A DNA stretch of 64,000 bases from Octopus sinensis (GCF_006345805.1 NW_021836292.1:62001-126000); one strand, 5' to 3'; positions 1 through 12,505 are shown, counted from the first letter of the stretch. The notes: generated by a model not told the origin, from the letters alone. Made by a program: numbers and translations.

Positions 1-309
1 AAGAAAATGACCAAATTCTTTATTATAAACATTAGCATATACTTATGGAGAATCTCTTCAGACTTAGCCACTTTCAACAACGCTGCTCACAATAACAATA
101 AAACGCACACAGCAAGTAGTGTCAATGGAAAAATTCAGTTATACAGATAAAACACTCATCAACGCAGGATACGTAAAATTATTTAGTTCATCCAAGAGAA
201 ACTAATTCTCTAACACACGCATGTTGCCATAAAATAATCAACGAATAATACCAGATGAAGCTCAGATGCATACCTAATTTAGACGTCGTCATCAGAAACA
301 AAATGATCA

Positions 310-470
310 ACGGCATTTCTTCTAGATGTTTACGTTCTTAGTTCAAATCCAACCGAAGTCAACTTTTATCCTTTCGGGATAAAATAAAGTATCAGTCAAG
401 CACTGGAGTTAATGTAATCGACAAGCGCCTTCTAAAGATATTGCTGGCCTTGTACCAAAATTAGAAACAA
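310..470 (+). mobile_element. Degenerate SINE, family A (tRNA-derived, central 'cctttcatcctttcggggtcgataaa..aagtaccag' domain)
   Basis: Matches better-preserved copies at 34566 and 53905 (tttacgttct..gttcaaat..gtcaacttt..cctttcggg..aaataaagta). Confidence 0.65.
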
Positions 471-990
471 CTACTACTGCTGTTTTCATATATATACATT
501 TTTTTAATTCAATTTTTTATGTAAATCGTTTTATAGTTTCTGATTTTAATTTTGTAGACTTCAAAGATATTCCCCGCCGCCATTATTATTTCGCCCTGCA
601 CCACGTCTATTTGTTATAATTTATCTTTATTGTCGAGAACTTAATCCCCGTTTGGCACCATTCAATGTTTTCAGCATATACTACTGTTTACATCCAGAAA
701 CATAATCATATTTTCTGCAGTATGAAGATAAAATTTATGGTTTATAATTTAGTTCGATAAGTACCAGAACAAAATCCTCGGTCATTGCTTTCCGCTAAAT
801 AATATGTAAAAGAATGGAGTGGGGGCGTCAGTAAATTCACATATCCACGTTGCCGGAGATCAATGTAAAAAAAAGATAATAACGTCCACTATAAGTAATG
901 GTATATTGAGATCTAATAACTGGTTATTGGTACTGCTAGAGCGAGGGAAAAAACATACAAACACCCACCCACTCATAAACACACACACGC

Positions 991-1023
<33 letters not shown>

Positions 1024-1101
1024 ATATATATATGAATAGTATATGATATATAGAATATAGTATATATATATATATGAATAGTATATGATATATAGAATAT
1101 A

Positions 1102-1159
<58 letters not shown>

Positions 1160-1734
1160 TTATGTGTATTTGCAAATACATATAACATCATCAAAAGCCA
1201 AAGAGACGAAATAATAAATCAATAAATACTGTAAACAATAGATTTATGAGTGTCAATTAAGCAACCGACGAATAAAGCAACATAAAAGGTTAATAACATA
1301 AAAGAATGATAATTATCCACCTTTCAAGTAAGCAATAAATGGGTGTTGATGGCAGTTGTTGTCTTCAGGTCGGTGGAACACTTAATGGTGTCAGACAATG
1401 AAACGTATGTTAAAGATATTAACTATGAGCTACGTCAATGGGAAGTGTTTTAGTGTTAATAGCTGTTATCGCTTTCTGGGTGATTACACACTTGATGGTG
1501 TCTGTCACACTGAGGTACATGTATTAACGGCATTAGCGAACAAGCGGGTAGGTAGGTTTGTGGTGAATAAGGTGGAGTGGGAGGGGTAAATATTAGGTAG
1601 GGGTGTGGTTTATGGTAGTTCCTTATACATGTATTACATTTGCGTAAATGCATATATATATAAATATATATATATGTAAGTATGTATATATGCATATATA
1701 TATACATGCATATTCAGGTGCATTTATGCTTATA

Positions 1735-1773
<39 letters not shown>

Positions 1774-1841
1774 TATATATATACACATATTGACATACAC
1801 AAACAGACACACACAAAAACACACATATACCTGCGTACACA

Positions 1842-1881
<40 letters not shown>

Positions 1882-2001
1882 AACACACACACACACACAC
1901 ACAAGCGAGCACATAAGTACAAAACAAGGTGGGGAAATAGTACACGAATGACAAAGGAAGAGTAATATGATTTTTATTGAAGCTGCAAAATCGTTACAAA
2001 G

Positions 2002-2038
2002 CTGTTACTCAGAGTTTCACGTTCCCGTTCGTCGGACA
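2002..2038 (-). ncRNA. Minimal type I hammerhead ribozyme motif (C-C-G-A-C-G-A core variant)
   Basis: Minus strand reads TGT-CCGACGA-ACG ggaa CGT-GAAA-CTC t GAG-TA-ACA: stems I, II and III with a GUA cleavage triplet. Confidence 0.6.
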
Positions 2039-2073
2039 TTTGTTATGGAACGTAAGTCCCTCATATTGTTATC

Positions 2074-2119
2074 ACAACTGTCCCACAAACGGTAACGTGA
2101 AACTTTGAGTAACAGTTGT
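2074..2119 (+). ncRNA. Decayed inverted copy of the same hammerhead motif
   Basis: ACAACTGT-CCCACAA-ACG gtaa CGT-GAAA-CTT t GAG-TA-ACAGTTGT: perfect 8-bp stem I but a mutated core. Confidence 0.5.
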
Positions 2120-2237
2120 ATACAAGCCGTTAGAAGACATAAAGCTTTGGAATTGCCTGAGATAAAATCTCTTCATAAATTTGTATTATATATACAAATA
2201 TATATATATGTAGTACAATGCACAGATGGCGATATGT

Positions 2238-2543
2238 TGTTTGTTCCTTCTCGAGCCACGCCTGGTTCATAAGGGCCTGTTTCCCGGTTTCCTTGGCGTA
2301 TAGGTTCCCCACCTGGACGGGATGCCAGTCCGTCGCAGGTGAGCTGCAAGATGCAGGAAGAAAGAGTGGGAGAAAGTTGTTGCGAAAATGTCAGCAGAAG
2401 TTTCGCCATTACCTTCTGCCGGAGCCGCGTGGAACTTAGGTGTTTCGCTCATAAACACACACATCGCCCGGTCTGAGATTCGAACCCGCGATCCCTCGAC
2501 CGCGAGTCCGCTGCTCTAACCACTAGGCCATGTGCTTCCACAT
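2238..2543 (-). mobile_element. tRNA-derived SINE with 13-bp target site duplication
   Basis: Minus-strand A box TGGCCTAGTGG and B box GGTTCGAATC; TSD gatggcgatatgt at 2225-2237 and 2544-2556; short gaacaaacaac tail. Confidence 0.9.
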
Positions 2544-3179
2544 GATGGCGATATGTGCAGACGTTAAAAATTAAGCTGACCCTGACGGTTTCTACGATGA
2601 CTGTTATAGATCTTCGATCAACCGAACTGCTTACAACGAGTAAGTGACTGAGTATTTTACTATTACGTGTACACTTAATGCAATCTCTATGTAGAATAAC
2701 CGTTGTACAATGTGTGACAAGGCCGGGCTTTAGAAGAGTAGGAACAGTAAATCTGATAGGCTTCTGCATAGTTTCCATTTACACACTTTCACTTATAAAA
2801 CAAAGTTTACCGAAATTATGTGAAGCGAAACCTAGGATATCAAGCAGTGGAATCGAACCCCAAACATCATATTGACATGGTTTAGAGTGTATGACACATT
2901 CAGTTCTTAGAAATGAAAAGAGTATCAATAACCTTATTAGTACCAAGCACTGTACTGCAGTGTACACCACCAACTATGAATGCAGTGGTGTAGCAACTGT
3001 GGTCATTAGCAGAATTAATAGGCGTACAAAAGTATCCTGAACAGCGGAGAGAGGGGGAAATTGCGGCCCAAACGGCAAATCACTATATTCCTTCAAACAA
3101 ACCGTTTGTTTTGGGTTTTTTTTTTTATTTTTGGTTTTTGTTTTTGTTTTTCAGGCGAAATGTTATAATTTTATTTTTA

Positions 3180-3390
3180 GGCAGTGAGCTGGAGAATCGT
3201 TACCTCGCTAGAAAAAATTTTAGTGCCATTTCTTCCGTCTTTACGTTCTGAATTCAAATTCTAACGAGGTCCACTTTGCCTTTCATCCTTTCGGGGTCGA
3301 TAAATTAAGTACCAGTTGAACACTGAGGCCGATGTAATCGACTTATCCCTTCCCCTGAAACTGCTGACTTTGTACCAATCTTTGAAATCA
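3180..3390 (+). mobile_element. SINE family A
   Basis: ggcagtgagctgg head, ttcaaatt B-box-like motif, gcctttcatcctttcggggtcgataaattaagtaccag central domain. Confidence 0.85.
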
Positions 3391-3489
3391 ATATTTAAAA
3401 TTTACTTCAGTCTTTCTTTCTGATTAACTTTGTGTTAGTCATACAATATAATTGCTTAATTAATGATAAATCATCTAAAGCACATATGC

Positions 3490-3711
3490 TCTTTTACTCT
3501 TTTACTTGTTTCAGTCATTTGACTGTAGCCATGCTGGAGCACCGCCTTTAGTCGAGCAAATCGACCCCAGGACTTATTCTTTGTAAGCCTACAACTTATT
3601 CTATCGGACTCTTTACCCGAACCGCTAGGTTACGGGGACGTAAACGCACCAGCATCGGTTGTCAAGCGATGTTGGGAGACAAACACAGACACACAAACAT
3701 ATACACACACA

Positions 3712-3755
<44 letters not shown>

Positions 3756-3935
3756 ATATATATATGCATATACGACGGGCTTCTTTCAGTTTCCGTCTAC
3801 CAAATCCACTCATAAGACTTTGGTCGACCCGAGGCTATAGTAGAAGACATTTGCCCAAGGTGTCACGCAGTGGGACTGAACCCGGAACCATATGGTTCGT
3901 AAGCAAGTTACTTACCACACAGCCACTCCTACGCT
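3490..3935 (-). mobile_element. Full-length SINE family B (tRNA head, internal (TA)/(CA) microsatellite, LINE-like 3' tail)
   Basis: Minus strand: ggagtggctgtgtggt...gggttcagtccc head; tail aaggcggtgctccagcatggctacagtcaaatgactgaaacaagtaaaagagtaaaag; many copies in the window. Confidence 0.9.
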
Positions 3936-4187
3936 TATATATACAAATTTAGCTACCTTCCAAGATAATAACTTCATTCATGAAGCTGAATTTTTATACC
4001 TTATTTCGGAAGGCGTTCGGGTACGTCTCTAACAGCAAATTATGAAACGATCTGTGAAGTAATTCACACCTTTTTTCTCTTCTGCCGAAAGCATAGACAG
4101 AATCTGTTTACATTCCTATAATTTACTATAACATTTTCTATATTATAACTTATTTACTAAAGTCCTTCTAATATTTAAAATATATAA

Positions 4188-4390
4188 GGTGGTGAACTGG
4201 CAGAATCGTTAGCACACCGGGCAGAAAGAGTAGTGGCGTTTTGTCTGTCTTTACGTTCTGTATTCAACTTCCACCGAGGTCGACTTTGCCTTTCATGTTT
4301 GATAAAATAAGTACCAGTTGAACACTAGAGTCAGTGTAATGGACTTACCCCTTTCCCAAAATTGCTGGTCTTGTGCCAAATTTGAAACCA
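4188..4390 (+). mobile_element. SINE family A
   Basis: ggtggtgaactggcagaatcgttagcac head and gaggtcgactttgcctttcat core. Confidence 0.85.
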
Positions 4391-4599
4391 GTCTTTAAAA
4401 TAGATGTGATTATTTCCGTGACAGTCTACATATTCTTCAATTACTTCTGTTCTACTTAATATATGTTTCTTGTAGTGTCTAGCTATTATGAGTTTCATTT
4501 CATGCTGCGATCAAAATCCATTTGGTCCTACAACTCTGTGCGCTGCGCTATTTAGCAGATGCTAGGATTTTATAATTTGATTTTAACTGTACATGATAC

Positions 4600-5345
4600 T
4601 CTTCTTCCTTGCCAGATCTGAGGGATCTGTAACATTAAAACTTATTAGATTGATGCCATTAATATATCTTCTTTGTAAATCAAAATTGCTGGGGTGATAT
4701 AAGCTGGGCGGCAATTCCAGGAAATCCACGGTCTAGAAGAAAAGATTAATGTGGAGATGAGTGGGGGTGGGTTATGAGGAAGTTGACAGTCTTATATAAT
4801 TTTTATTTTCTAGTAGCAGAAGACACCTGTCTCCCTGTATTCGTGGTAAATATACCTGTGTCCATGTTTTGAATGGTGTCTTATGAATATAGCAAATATT
4901 GAATGGTGTTTTCTTAATTCAGAAAAATATTATCTAACTAAAATACATCTTTGCTTTCCTATGTAGTTTTTCTAACACAGCTTATGCTTTATAGTGTAGT
5001 ATTCATACCTATAAACTTGTTATTTACCTCATTTAATTAGTTTCTTAATATTTTAATAACTCACCTTCCTATACTTTTCTTTCAACAGTGAATGTTTTTG
5101 CTTGTACTCTATTTCTTTAAAGCCGAACTAATTGCAGCTCTGTTTTGGTCTAATATTTTTTTATCTGTTTCTTCATCTAACGTCATATTTGTTAGTTTAA
5201 TTCAATATTGTGTCTTCAACATTAACTTAACACACTTTTGTAAACCGAATTCCAATTCAATCTGCCTACTCAATCTGTGAACCGCAATAGTTGTTTGTCA
5301 TCTACAGCATACAACTTGACGTCATCTATAAATAGGCGATTGCTG
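4600..5345 (-). mobile_element. Degenerate non-LTR retrotransposon RT fragment (R4/Dong-like)
   Basis: Minus-strand translation gives LFIDDVKLYA (catalytic DD motif) followed by IELEFGLQKC; many stops. Confidence 0.55.
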
Positions 5346-7454
5346 GTTTGCCATAAACAAAACTTGTCTCCATAAGTAGTCTGTTTAGAAATGTCATTCT
5401 TGAAAGTCATCCCAGACTATTGGGAGAAAATATTAGAAGAAAACACGCTTCGTGAATTATCTTCAGACAGGAGATCTGTTCTGAATGCTTACAACAGAGA
5501 GTACTCCACTAAAATCACCCAAAGTTGAGCTAGTGATGTTAAGGTAAAGATGTTAGACCAGGTACATCCCCTTAAAATTAAAACCATTGGGAATTGACAG
5601 TTAAGTTCTTGTTGGTGGTTATAAACTGATTAATGTCAAATACTCTCCCCTACCTCTATTTTACTGGTACCATAAAACCAGCCATATCTTCATAAAAGAA
5701 TATGCTTCAGGAGATGCTAGCAAGATAATGATAAATAGAGATGAGATGATAACCAGAAAGAAGAAGGACAGGGGTGACTTAACATATTATGATTATCAAC
5801 TAAAAGGGGCCTAAAATGGAAAACAAAGAAGGTCACAATGAGATCTAAGTGCGGGAATTAAAAGTACGGGGCAAATGTGCATCCAAACTTAGCAAAATTT
5901 ACATATTAAAAAATAAAAATTTAGGAAGGATTTAAGGACCAAGTAAGAGAAGAAGGATACATAAAACAATCGAGGCCATGAAAGTGGGGGACTTTTATAT
6001 AAAATAGAAACTTCATAATGCTTCTTCTTAGCATAATGTTAAGGTGATCATGATAAAACTATTCAACAACGAACCTATAATTAAATTCAGATGTCATCCA
6101 AGTAAGGATACACATTTTCTATTGAATCAAAACCAGAGATTAAAGGCTGAAAAAATAAGATAAATATTTCTATAACAGGTAAACTTATTTAAAAACCTTG
6201 GGAAAATATATTTATATAAAAATTACCAACATTATGAAAAAATCTGAAAGGATATAAGGTTTAAAAATACCACATATATATACATAAAAATATATATATA
6301 TATAAATATATATATATAATATATATATATATAATGAAATATATAGTGCAATTATAAAATATAAAATACAAATATAAATAAATAAATATAAATACCATAT
6401 TGTATTATATTATACCATGATTACTATAGAGAGGAGTTACAAACTCCTTCACAATCTATAGAAATTACACCAATATATATGAGGGTATATAGATATACAA
6501 AATACAGTAATGTAATATAAAAGAATAAATAAAATAAAATAAAAATGAATAAAAGGAAAAATATCTGTATAAAATTTCAATAAAGGATTTAAAAAATGAA
6601 AAAATAAAAATAAAGGTAAAACTTTTACATTGTGAATGCCATAAAATATATACCGGATATAAAAGGAGATAAAAGATAAAAAATAAGGATAAGTCAAGAT
6701 ATTTATAAGAATATCGGAAATGGTTTTATAAAATATTTGTAAGATATATTATTACAGATGCAGATGTGTGTAGAATCATAACAGTTCTTAAAGGGTATAT
6801 AATATCCTTAAGTGAGGCGTAAGATCTGGTAATCCATTGTTAATATACTTATTGTGACTGATAGGGAAGAAAGTCTTAGAATGGAATGGGAAATAATGTA
6901 ATCTAAGAATAGGAGGAATGCAGATTAAACAGGGGTTATAAGAGGGCAATAATTCCATACAAGAGAGGGAATGTTAGGAAAGATATGACACCCCAGATAA
7001 TTTCTGCCACTAAATTATATGTATAATATTATTTGTTTCTAAAATATTTAAATGTACGGTTCATCTTATGCACACAGGATACTCTGAGGTCTAATAGGAT
7101 ACTCTAAGGTCTAGTAATTAGGTTATTCTTATCTCTATACTTAAAAATTTCGTAAATTTCCATACAACATAGTTCGCATCCATATCTTTGTATGGCTGAA
7201 CTCCCCTTACTATCCCATTTAAGGCTAAATTTACTATCGCTTTCCTTAATTTCCCAGATTTTACTAGATAATGATGTACTGTTAGTTTTATGTCTAAGTC
7301 TAAAAGATAGAAGATGTTTATTAAGGTGCTTCTTCATATCATCGAACACCCGATATAAATAAAGTTACTAGTTTCAGTCATTACTGTACATTTGTAAACA
7401 ACATTTTGGACTTAACAAGACCTAATAACGGGCATGGAGATATTACCCTACAAT

Positions 7455-7475
7455 TGCAGCTGGGGATATTACTGC

Positions 7476-7523
<48 letters not shown>

Positions 7524-7540
7524 CATTATTATCATTATTA

Positions 7541-7592
<52 letters not shown>
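7455..7592. repeat. (ATT)n microsatellite
   Basis: Directly visible. Confidence 0.95.
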
Positions 7593-7596
<4 letters not shown>

Positions 7597-8036
7597 TAGT
7601 TTTATTTTTATAGCATGCTTTCATTTCACTACCGAGCGCAGCTCTGTGTGCCTTGGGTATGTGCTGTGGTTTGCTGTGATACTCTTATGGTTACTGTATT
7701 GAAAGTGCCCAGTAGTGCAATTTTCTGTATGTTATATATATTTGTAAGTCCTGGTGTTTTTGTTATGTATCTGTCTGAATATTTTTTTATCATACCTAAT
7801 GTGCCTACTATGATAGGAATTATTTCTGTTTTAGAATCCACATTCGAGTTACCTCTATTTCCAGGTTTTTGTATTTTTAAAATTTCCTCATTTCTTTTAG
7901 AGAAACGTTGTCATCTGCTGGTATTGATACATCAATTAGAAAGCATTTTTTTCTTCATGATCTCTGACAACTTTATCTAGCTTTTTAGCCTTAATTTCTT
8001 TGTGTGTGTATTGGCATATCCCAGAGTATGGTTGCT
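7597..8036 (-). mobile_element. 3' fragment of an RLE-endonuclease non-LTR retrotransposon (R4/Dong-like) within (TAA)n
   Basis: ILWDMPIHT..CFLIDVSIP..KYKNLEIEV..IIPIIVGTLG..IQKIALLGT matches a PD-(D/E)xK RLE C-terminus; flanked on both sides by (ATT)n. Confidence 0.8.
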
Positions 8037-9974
8037 TTATTATTATCATCATTATTATTATTATTATTATTAATAGTAGTATTACTTCTATCATTTATAG
8101 TATCACGCAAATTCGTTGCAGTATTATCAGGTGTTGTGTCAGTAATACCTGAGTTATATCTAGCGGTATCACTGTTTATATTAGTTCTATCATTCTGGAT
8201 TCCTATACATCCACTATTATCATCATTACAGGTGTTTAAATCACTATTGATAATATTATTACCACTAATCCCCCGGGATAATTTTATATTTCTTCTATTA
8301 AATCGGGCTATAAAAGTACCTATATTAGGAAGGGTGGAATATGATATTCTGATTATCTTACGGGAGAAGATTTTTTTGTACTTATGAGAAGCTGAGAAGA
8401 TTTTTTTTCTAAAATCGCCATAAATTTATTATATATATATATTAGTAGATATAGTACAGTTAAAGGGAATATTATACCAGACTACATTATTATTTCTCGA
8501 ATTCTTAGGTTTATGAAAGCGTATCCTATCAATTCTACTACCTCTCGAACTCTCTGTTTGATTATTAAATATGGTCTTATTATCGGTATTTATGTTATCA
8601 CTAGAGCAGGCTCCATTCATCTCGGTCTTATCCTTACTATTATTATACATGTTAGACATTTTACCGTCCATAGATTCTATTTTCTTATTGTTATATATCT
8701 TATTCATTGATTTAATAGGAATGTTAGAGGCTATCCTGATAGGTTTATTTGCTCGACTAGGTGGGCTATTGTTCCTCTTTTCCCGTCTATTTTCATTACA
8801 ATTCCTAGTAGGTATCTGACTTTCCGAATTAAAGAAAGCAATCTCCTGATTATATCCTGCTTTAGAAAGAGCAGAGTTATACTAGTGGGAGTATGAATTA
8901 AATATATCTCTATTAGCTGATAATTTCGTAATTCGTCTCGAAATTTCTTTTAATACCGATTTTAATACATTAGGGGACGTGATTAGAGGATTTGCTCACA
9001 TACCTAGTAATTTCATCCGGTTTTCTAGCCAGAATTTATATCTAAAATAGTGTCTAAGAAGTTAGCTAACATCGTGTCGTATTCGAAAGTGAGTCTTAGG
9101 TTAAAGCTTTTGAAGAATTTTCTGATTTTGTTCCTAATTCTTTCTATAAGTGTTTTACTATTACTAGGTATAATGAACAACGCATCATTCTCATAAAGAT
9201 TACCCTGCAGTTCAGGGATTTCACTAACAAGACTTTAAGAGATATGCACCAAACAAATCAGTAATCTGGGCCGAGACACTCGAACTCATAGGAAAATTAA
9301 AATTATTAAGGGTATCCCACCTCGTCCATAACCTACCTCCAAATTCTATGATAGTTTTCCTAGCTAAATGAATAATATCTATTTCGTGCCTAGTTATAAG
9401 AGAGAGGCTTTTAGCGAAAAATCACGAACTTGTTTAATAGAATAGGGGAGATGCTAGAATAATAACCATTGATATCAAATTGTATAAACGAGTAATTACT
9501 TACATTTTCAATAGATGTGAACAAATGTATTACTTCATCAGTATTACACCATGAGTTAAGAGATAAATTAGGAATTATTAGGGGCAATATCGTATCAAGA
9601 ATGGATTTACTAAGTCGACCAAGTAAGCCTAACAGAGGGATTGTACATATAGTTGGTGTTTAGTATCGTCTTACAACGAAACCAGATCTAATAACTCTGA
9701 TATTCTCTGATATTATTTTAGCGTAACTTTGAATACTTTCATATTAAAGACTACTACGATCATCTGAACGAAAGCCATGCTTATCCATCTATTTATATGT
9801 GAGGGGTTTTGTGGGGCAAGTATGCGTGAGTTTGTGTATGTGTGTGTGCGTCCGTGCGTGTGCGCGCGTGTGCATGTGTGTGTGCGTTTGCGTGTGTGTG
9901 TGTAGTTCTACAATTGTCCACTATCGAAACCGTCAGGTCATATCTCAATAAATTCTTTCCAAGGATTAAACAAG

Positions 9975-10118
9975 TGACAAAAAGTATGGACTATAAATGA
10001 CGGTGAAGATGAAAACCAGACTCGGTTGATTCGATTGAATATTCTTCAAGGTGATACCCCAGCATGGCCGCAGCCTAATGGCTAAAACGAGTAAAAGATA
10101 AAAATAAAGATAAAAGAT
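9975..10118 (+). mobile_element. 3' tail fragment of SINE family B or its partner LINE
   Basis: aaggtgataccccagcatggccgcagcctaatggctaaaacgagtaaaagataaaa. Confidence 0.7.
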
Positions 10119-10171
10119 ATATTTATACATAACATATAGACAGACATACAGATAGACAAACAAATAGTTAG

Positions 10172-10304
10172 ATACATACATACATACATACATACAAACA
10201 TACATACATACATACATACATACATACATACATACATACATACATACATACATACATACATACATACATACATACATACATACATACATACATACATACA
10301 TACA
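10172..10304. repeat. (TACA)n microsatellite
   Basis: Directly visible. Confidence 0.95.
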
Positions 10305-10314
10305 AAATGTAACC

Positions 10315-10500
10315 ACATGTGAATCGTTGGCGATTTTCTTCCTCCGTCTGCTCTTCTTTTGGACTTTTTTCTGTTTCTGAAGAAGAGCCTTGCTCGAAAC
10401 GTAAAACCATCTTTTTTACCTTTCCTGGGTGTCAGATAATACATTATATGTACCACGTCCTCGCGTTTTTACTTTTTCATGTTTGTTCTTTTTTTAGATT
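10315..10500 (+). mobile_element. Short non-coding repeat carrying a minimal hammerhead (PLE pseudo-LTR-like), family H1
   Basis: Homologous copies at 19170-19350, 32380-32580 and 46590-46735 (all minus strand). Confidence 0.75.
10373..10407 (+). ncRNA. Minimal type I hammerhead ribozyme (family H1), intact core
   Basis: GTTT-CTGAAGA-A-GAGC ctt GCTC-GAAA-CG-TA-AAAC; stem III reduced to palindromic ACGT; GUA triplet. Confidence 0.7.
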
Positions 10501-10906
10501 TACTACATACATACATACGTACATATATAGACCTTTGTGTGTGTGTGTGTGTTTAGTGCGATTTAAAATTTAGATTGCAGTATAAATCACCAAAATTTAG
10601 AACACCGTAGGTATTCCTGTTCGTATCATTGTCCTCATATCATTAAGTATGAATCCGCAGTTTGGGGACGTTACAGAGTGCATATCAAAAGGAAGCATGA
10701 CGTCCATAAAATGTTAGAATCTCTCATATTCTGTGCTTTATATCATTTTGTTCTTTATACACCTGTTGATTGTTTAGCCGACCAAAACTTCGAAATAGCT
10801 GTCAATTGTATTGAATAATCATTCTGCTTAGTGTAAACTTGTTTGTTTCATAACCTACAAACAATCGCTAATATGTATGTGTGCATGTATCTATTCCTCT
10901 CTCTCC

Positions 10907-10955
<49 letters not shown>

Positions 10956-11445
10956 TATGAACGGGTACGTAATTGGCAATAAATGTCAAGGTGAAGAATG
11001 TTATGCAATTTTAGAAAACAGAAAGGCACAAATAGAAAACAAAGGAACAAATGTTTAAGGAACATTAACAGAACTAAAAAATATTCGGTTTGACATTTTA
11101 ATTTTAATAAGCTGTAATCTCCGGGAGAAAGTTCTTCTACATATATATGTAAGAAACAACAAACATGGTGATACAAGTGCATATTCTCAAATTTATAAAT
11201 ACTTAAATACATAATGATGTTTCTTTTAAAATTTCTTACTTAAACCCCTTCGGAACAACATACTTGTTTCCCATAGTTGAATTCAACGATGTTAAACAAT
11301 ATCTTTTGTTATTTGTTGAAGTAGAAGAGACAATTATATAATTAGCTGTAGCATCATACAATGTGTGGATGAGTGTACGCGAGTTCATAGGGATAAGTTC
11401 ATTCACTACACACTTACACGCACACAAATACATAGGTATACATAC

Positions 11446-11512
<67 letters not shown>

Positions 11513-12502
11513 CAGAGTTCTCCTTCAAAGAGGGACAACGTTTCACAGTGAAAAGCAACTTCACATATACTTCGGTGAACTTGATATACGCACTAACCTG
11601 CACTGGGTATCAAGAGCAATACATAGGTCAAACAAAAAGCAGTCTACGTAAAGAATGGCTCTGCACAGATCCCAGATCAAAATTCCCCAAAACAGAAAAA
11701 ATAGCATTCAGCCAACACATAGACATTTGCGCCAACAACAAAAATCCAAGCTTCAGAATTTTCCCCTCTACTAAGTCAGGGACGATACAGTCTGGAGCCA
11801 ACGAATTAGAAAAGAGACTCTGTTTATTACAAAATACAGACCCTTTTTGAACGCGTCTACAACAAACGACATATCTACCACGGCCTTAGAATAACACAAA
11901 TACACACGAAAATATAAAAAATGATATACTCAAGAGATTCTCAAGAATTCATTAAAAACAGTCCCAATTACTGTTATAATCCATAACGTGCCAATTTTAA
12001 GTCATTTGAACATTTAACACCTTACTACTTTCATACTAACTACATTCCTTCTTATTCTCCCTTCTCTTTCTTCTTCTTTGTCTTCCTCCTCCTTCCTAAC
12101 TTTACCACTATTGCTGTTTAGAATAACACCTACGCAAATTTTATAAACAAAACATTTAAAAGAGAAGTTTGAGGAATTTAACAATTACTACTACCATCCA
12201 CAGCGGGTCATTTTCGGGGCAGCTGAGCATTCAACATACTACTGTCATGGCACTCCCACATTCTTCTTCTTCCCTACCAAGAATTTACAACCCACAAGAG
12301 TAAACAAGAGAGACAGAAACAGGCAGAAAATGTCACTTGTATTTGAACACTATGCAAATATTCTTTTAAAAAACTTTTCTTTTGATTTTTCCAAATTTAA
12401 TTTGTTTTCCGTACTTACAGTTGAAAAAGTGTCAATGACTGAAACTGGTACTGAAATGTTTTTTATAAAATTATTTTAGCATTTTCTATCTTGACATTTT
12501 TC

Positions 12503-12505
<3 letters not shown>
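11513..12505 (+). mobile_element. Penelope-like element 3' fragment (GIY-YIG endonuclease + 3' region)
   Basis: ORF 11365-11850 contains NLIYALTCTGYQEQYIGQT (GIY-YIG); a homolog lies at 35490-35660; flanked by (TA)n; decayed hammerhead at 12418-12453. Confidence 0.85.
12418..12453 (+). ncRNA. Decayed minimal hammerhead at the 3' end of the Penelope-like fragment
   Basis: CAG-TTGAAAA(for CTGAAGA)-AGT gtcaatg ACT-GAAA-CTGG-TA-CTG. Confidence 0.45.

Larger units (their letters stand above)
7085..9640 (-). mobile_element. Penelope-like element remnant (RT to GIY-YIG), interrupted by an RLE LINE fragment
   Basis: Minus-strand pieces: RT-like 'NFPMSSSVSAQITDLFG', 'VWYNIPFN' linker, and C-terminal 'HLLSFR..NSTSLSSKIWEIK..KW..CELC..E' typical of PLE GIY-YIG tails. 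Confidence 0.7.

Noticed and set aside
20-70. Minus-strand CTGAAGA with gtatatgc-TA resembling a hammerhead
   Set aside because: GAAA is absent and stem I does not pair; at best a very decayed copy
250-300. Minus-strand CTGATGA
   Set aside because: No GAAA or stems in a compatible position
2470-2543. tRNA-like sequence (also 25161, 38645, 39968)
   Set aside because: These are SINE heads with A/B boxes but no proper acceptor stem; they are not tRNA genes
3715-3765. Recurrent single phase shifts (tt or aa) within (TA)n tracts throughout the window
   Set aside because: Likely consensus or sequencing errors, or ordinary microsatellite mutation; cannot be interpreted without reads
5400-7020. 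Purine/A-rich coding-like stretch
   Set aside because: Probably a decayed retroelement, but no diagnostic motif could be read
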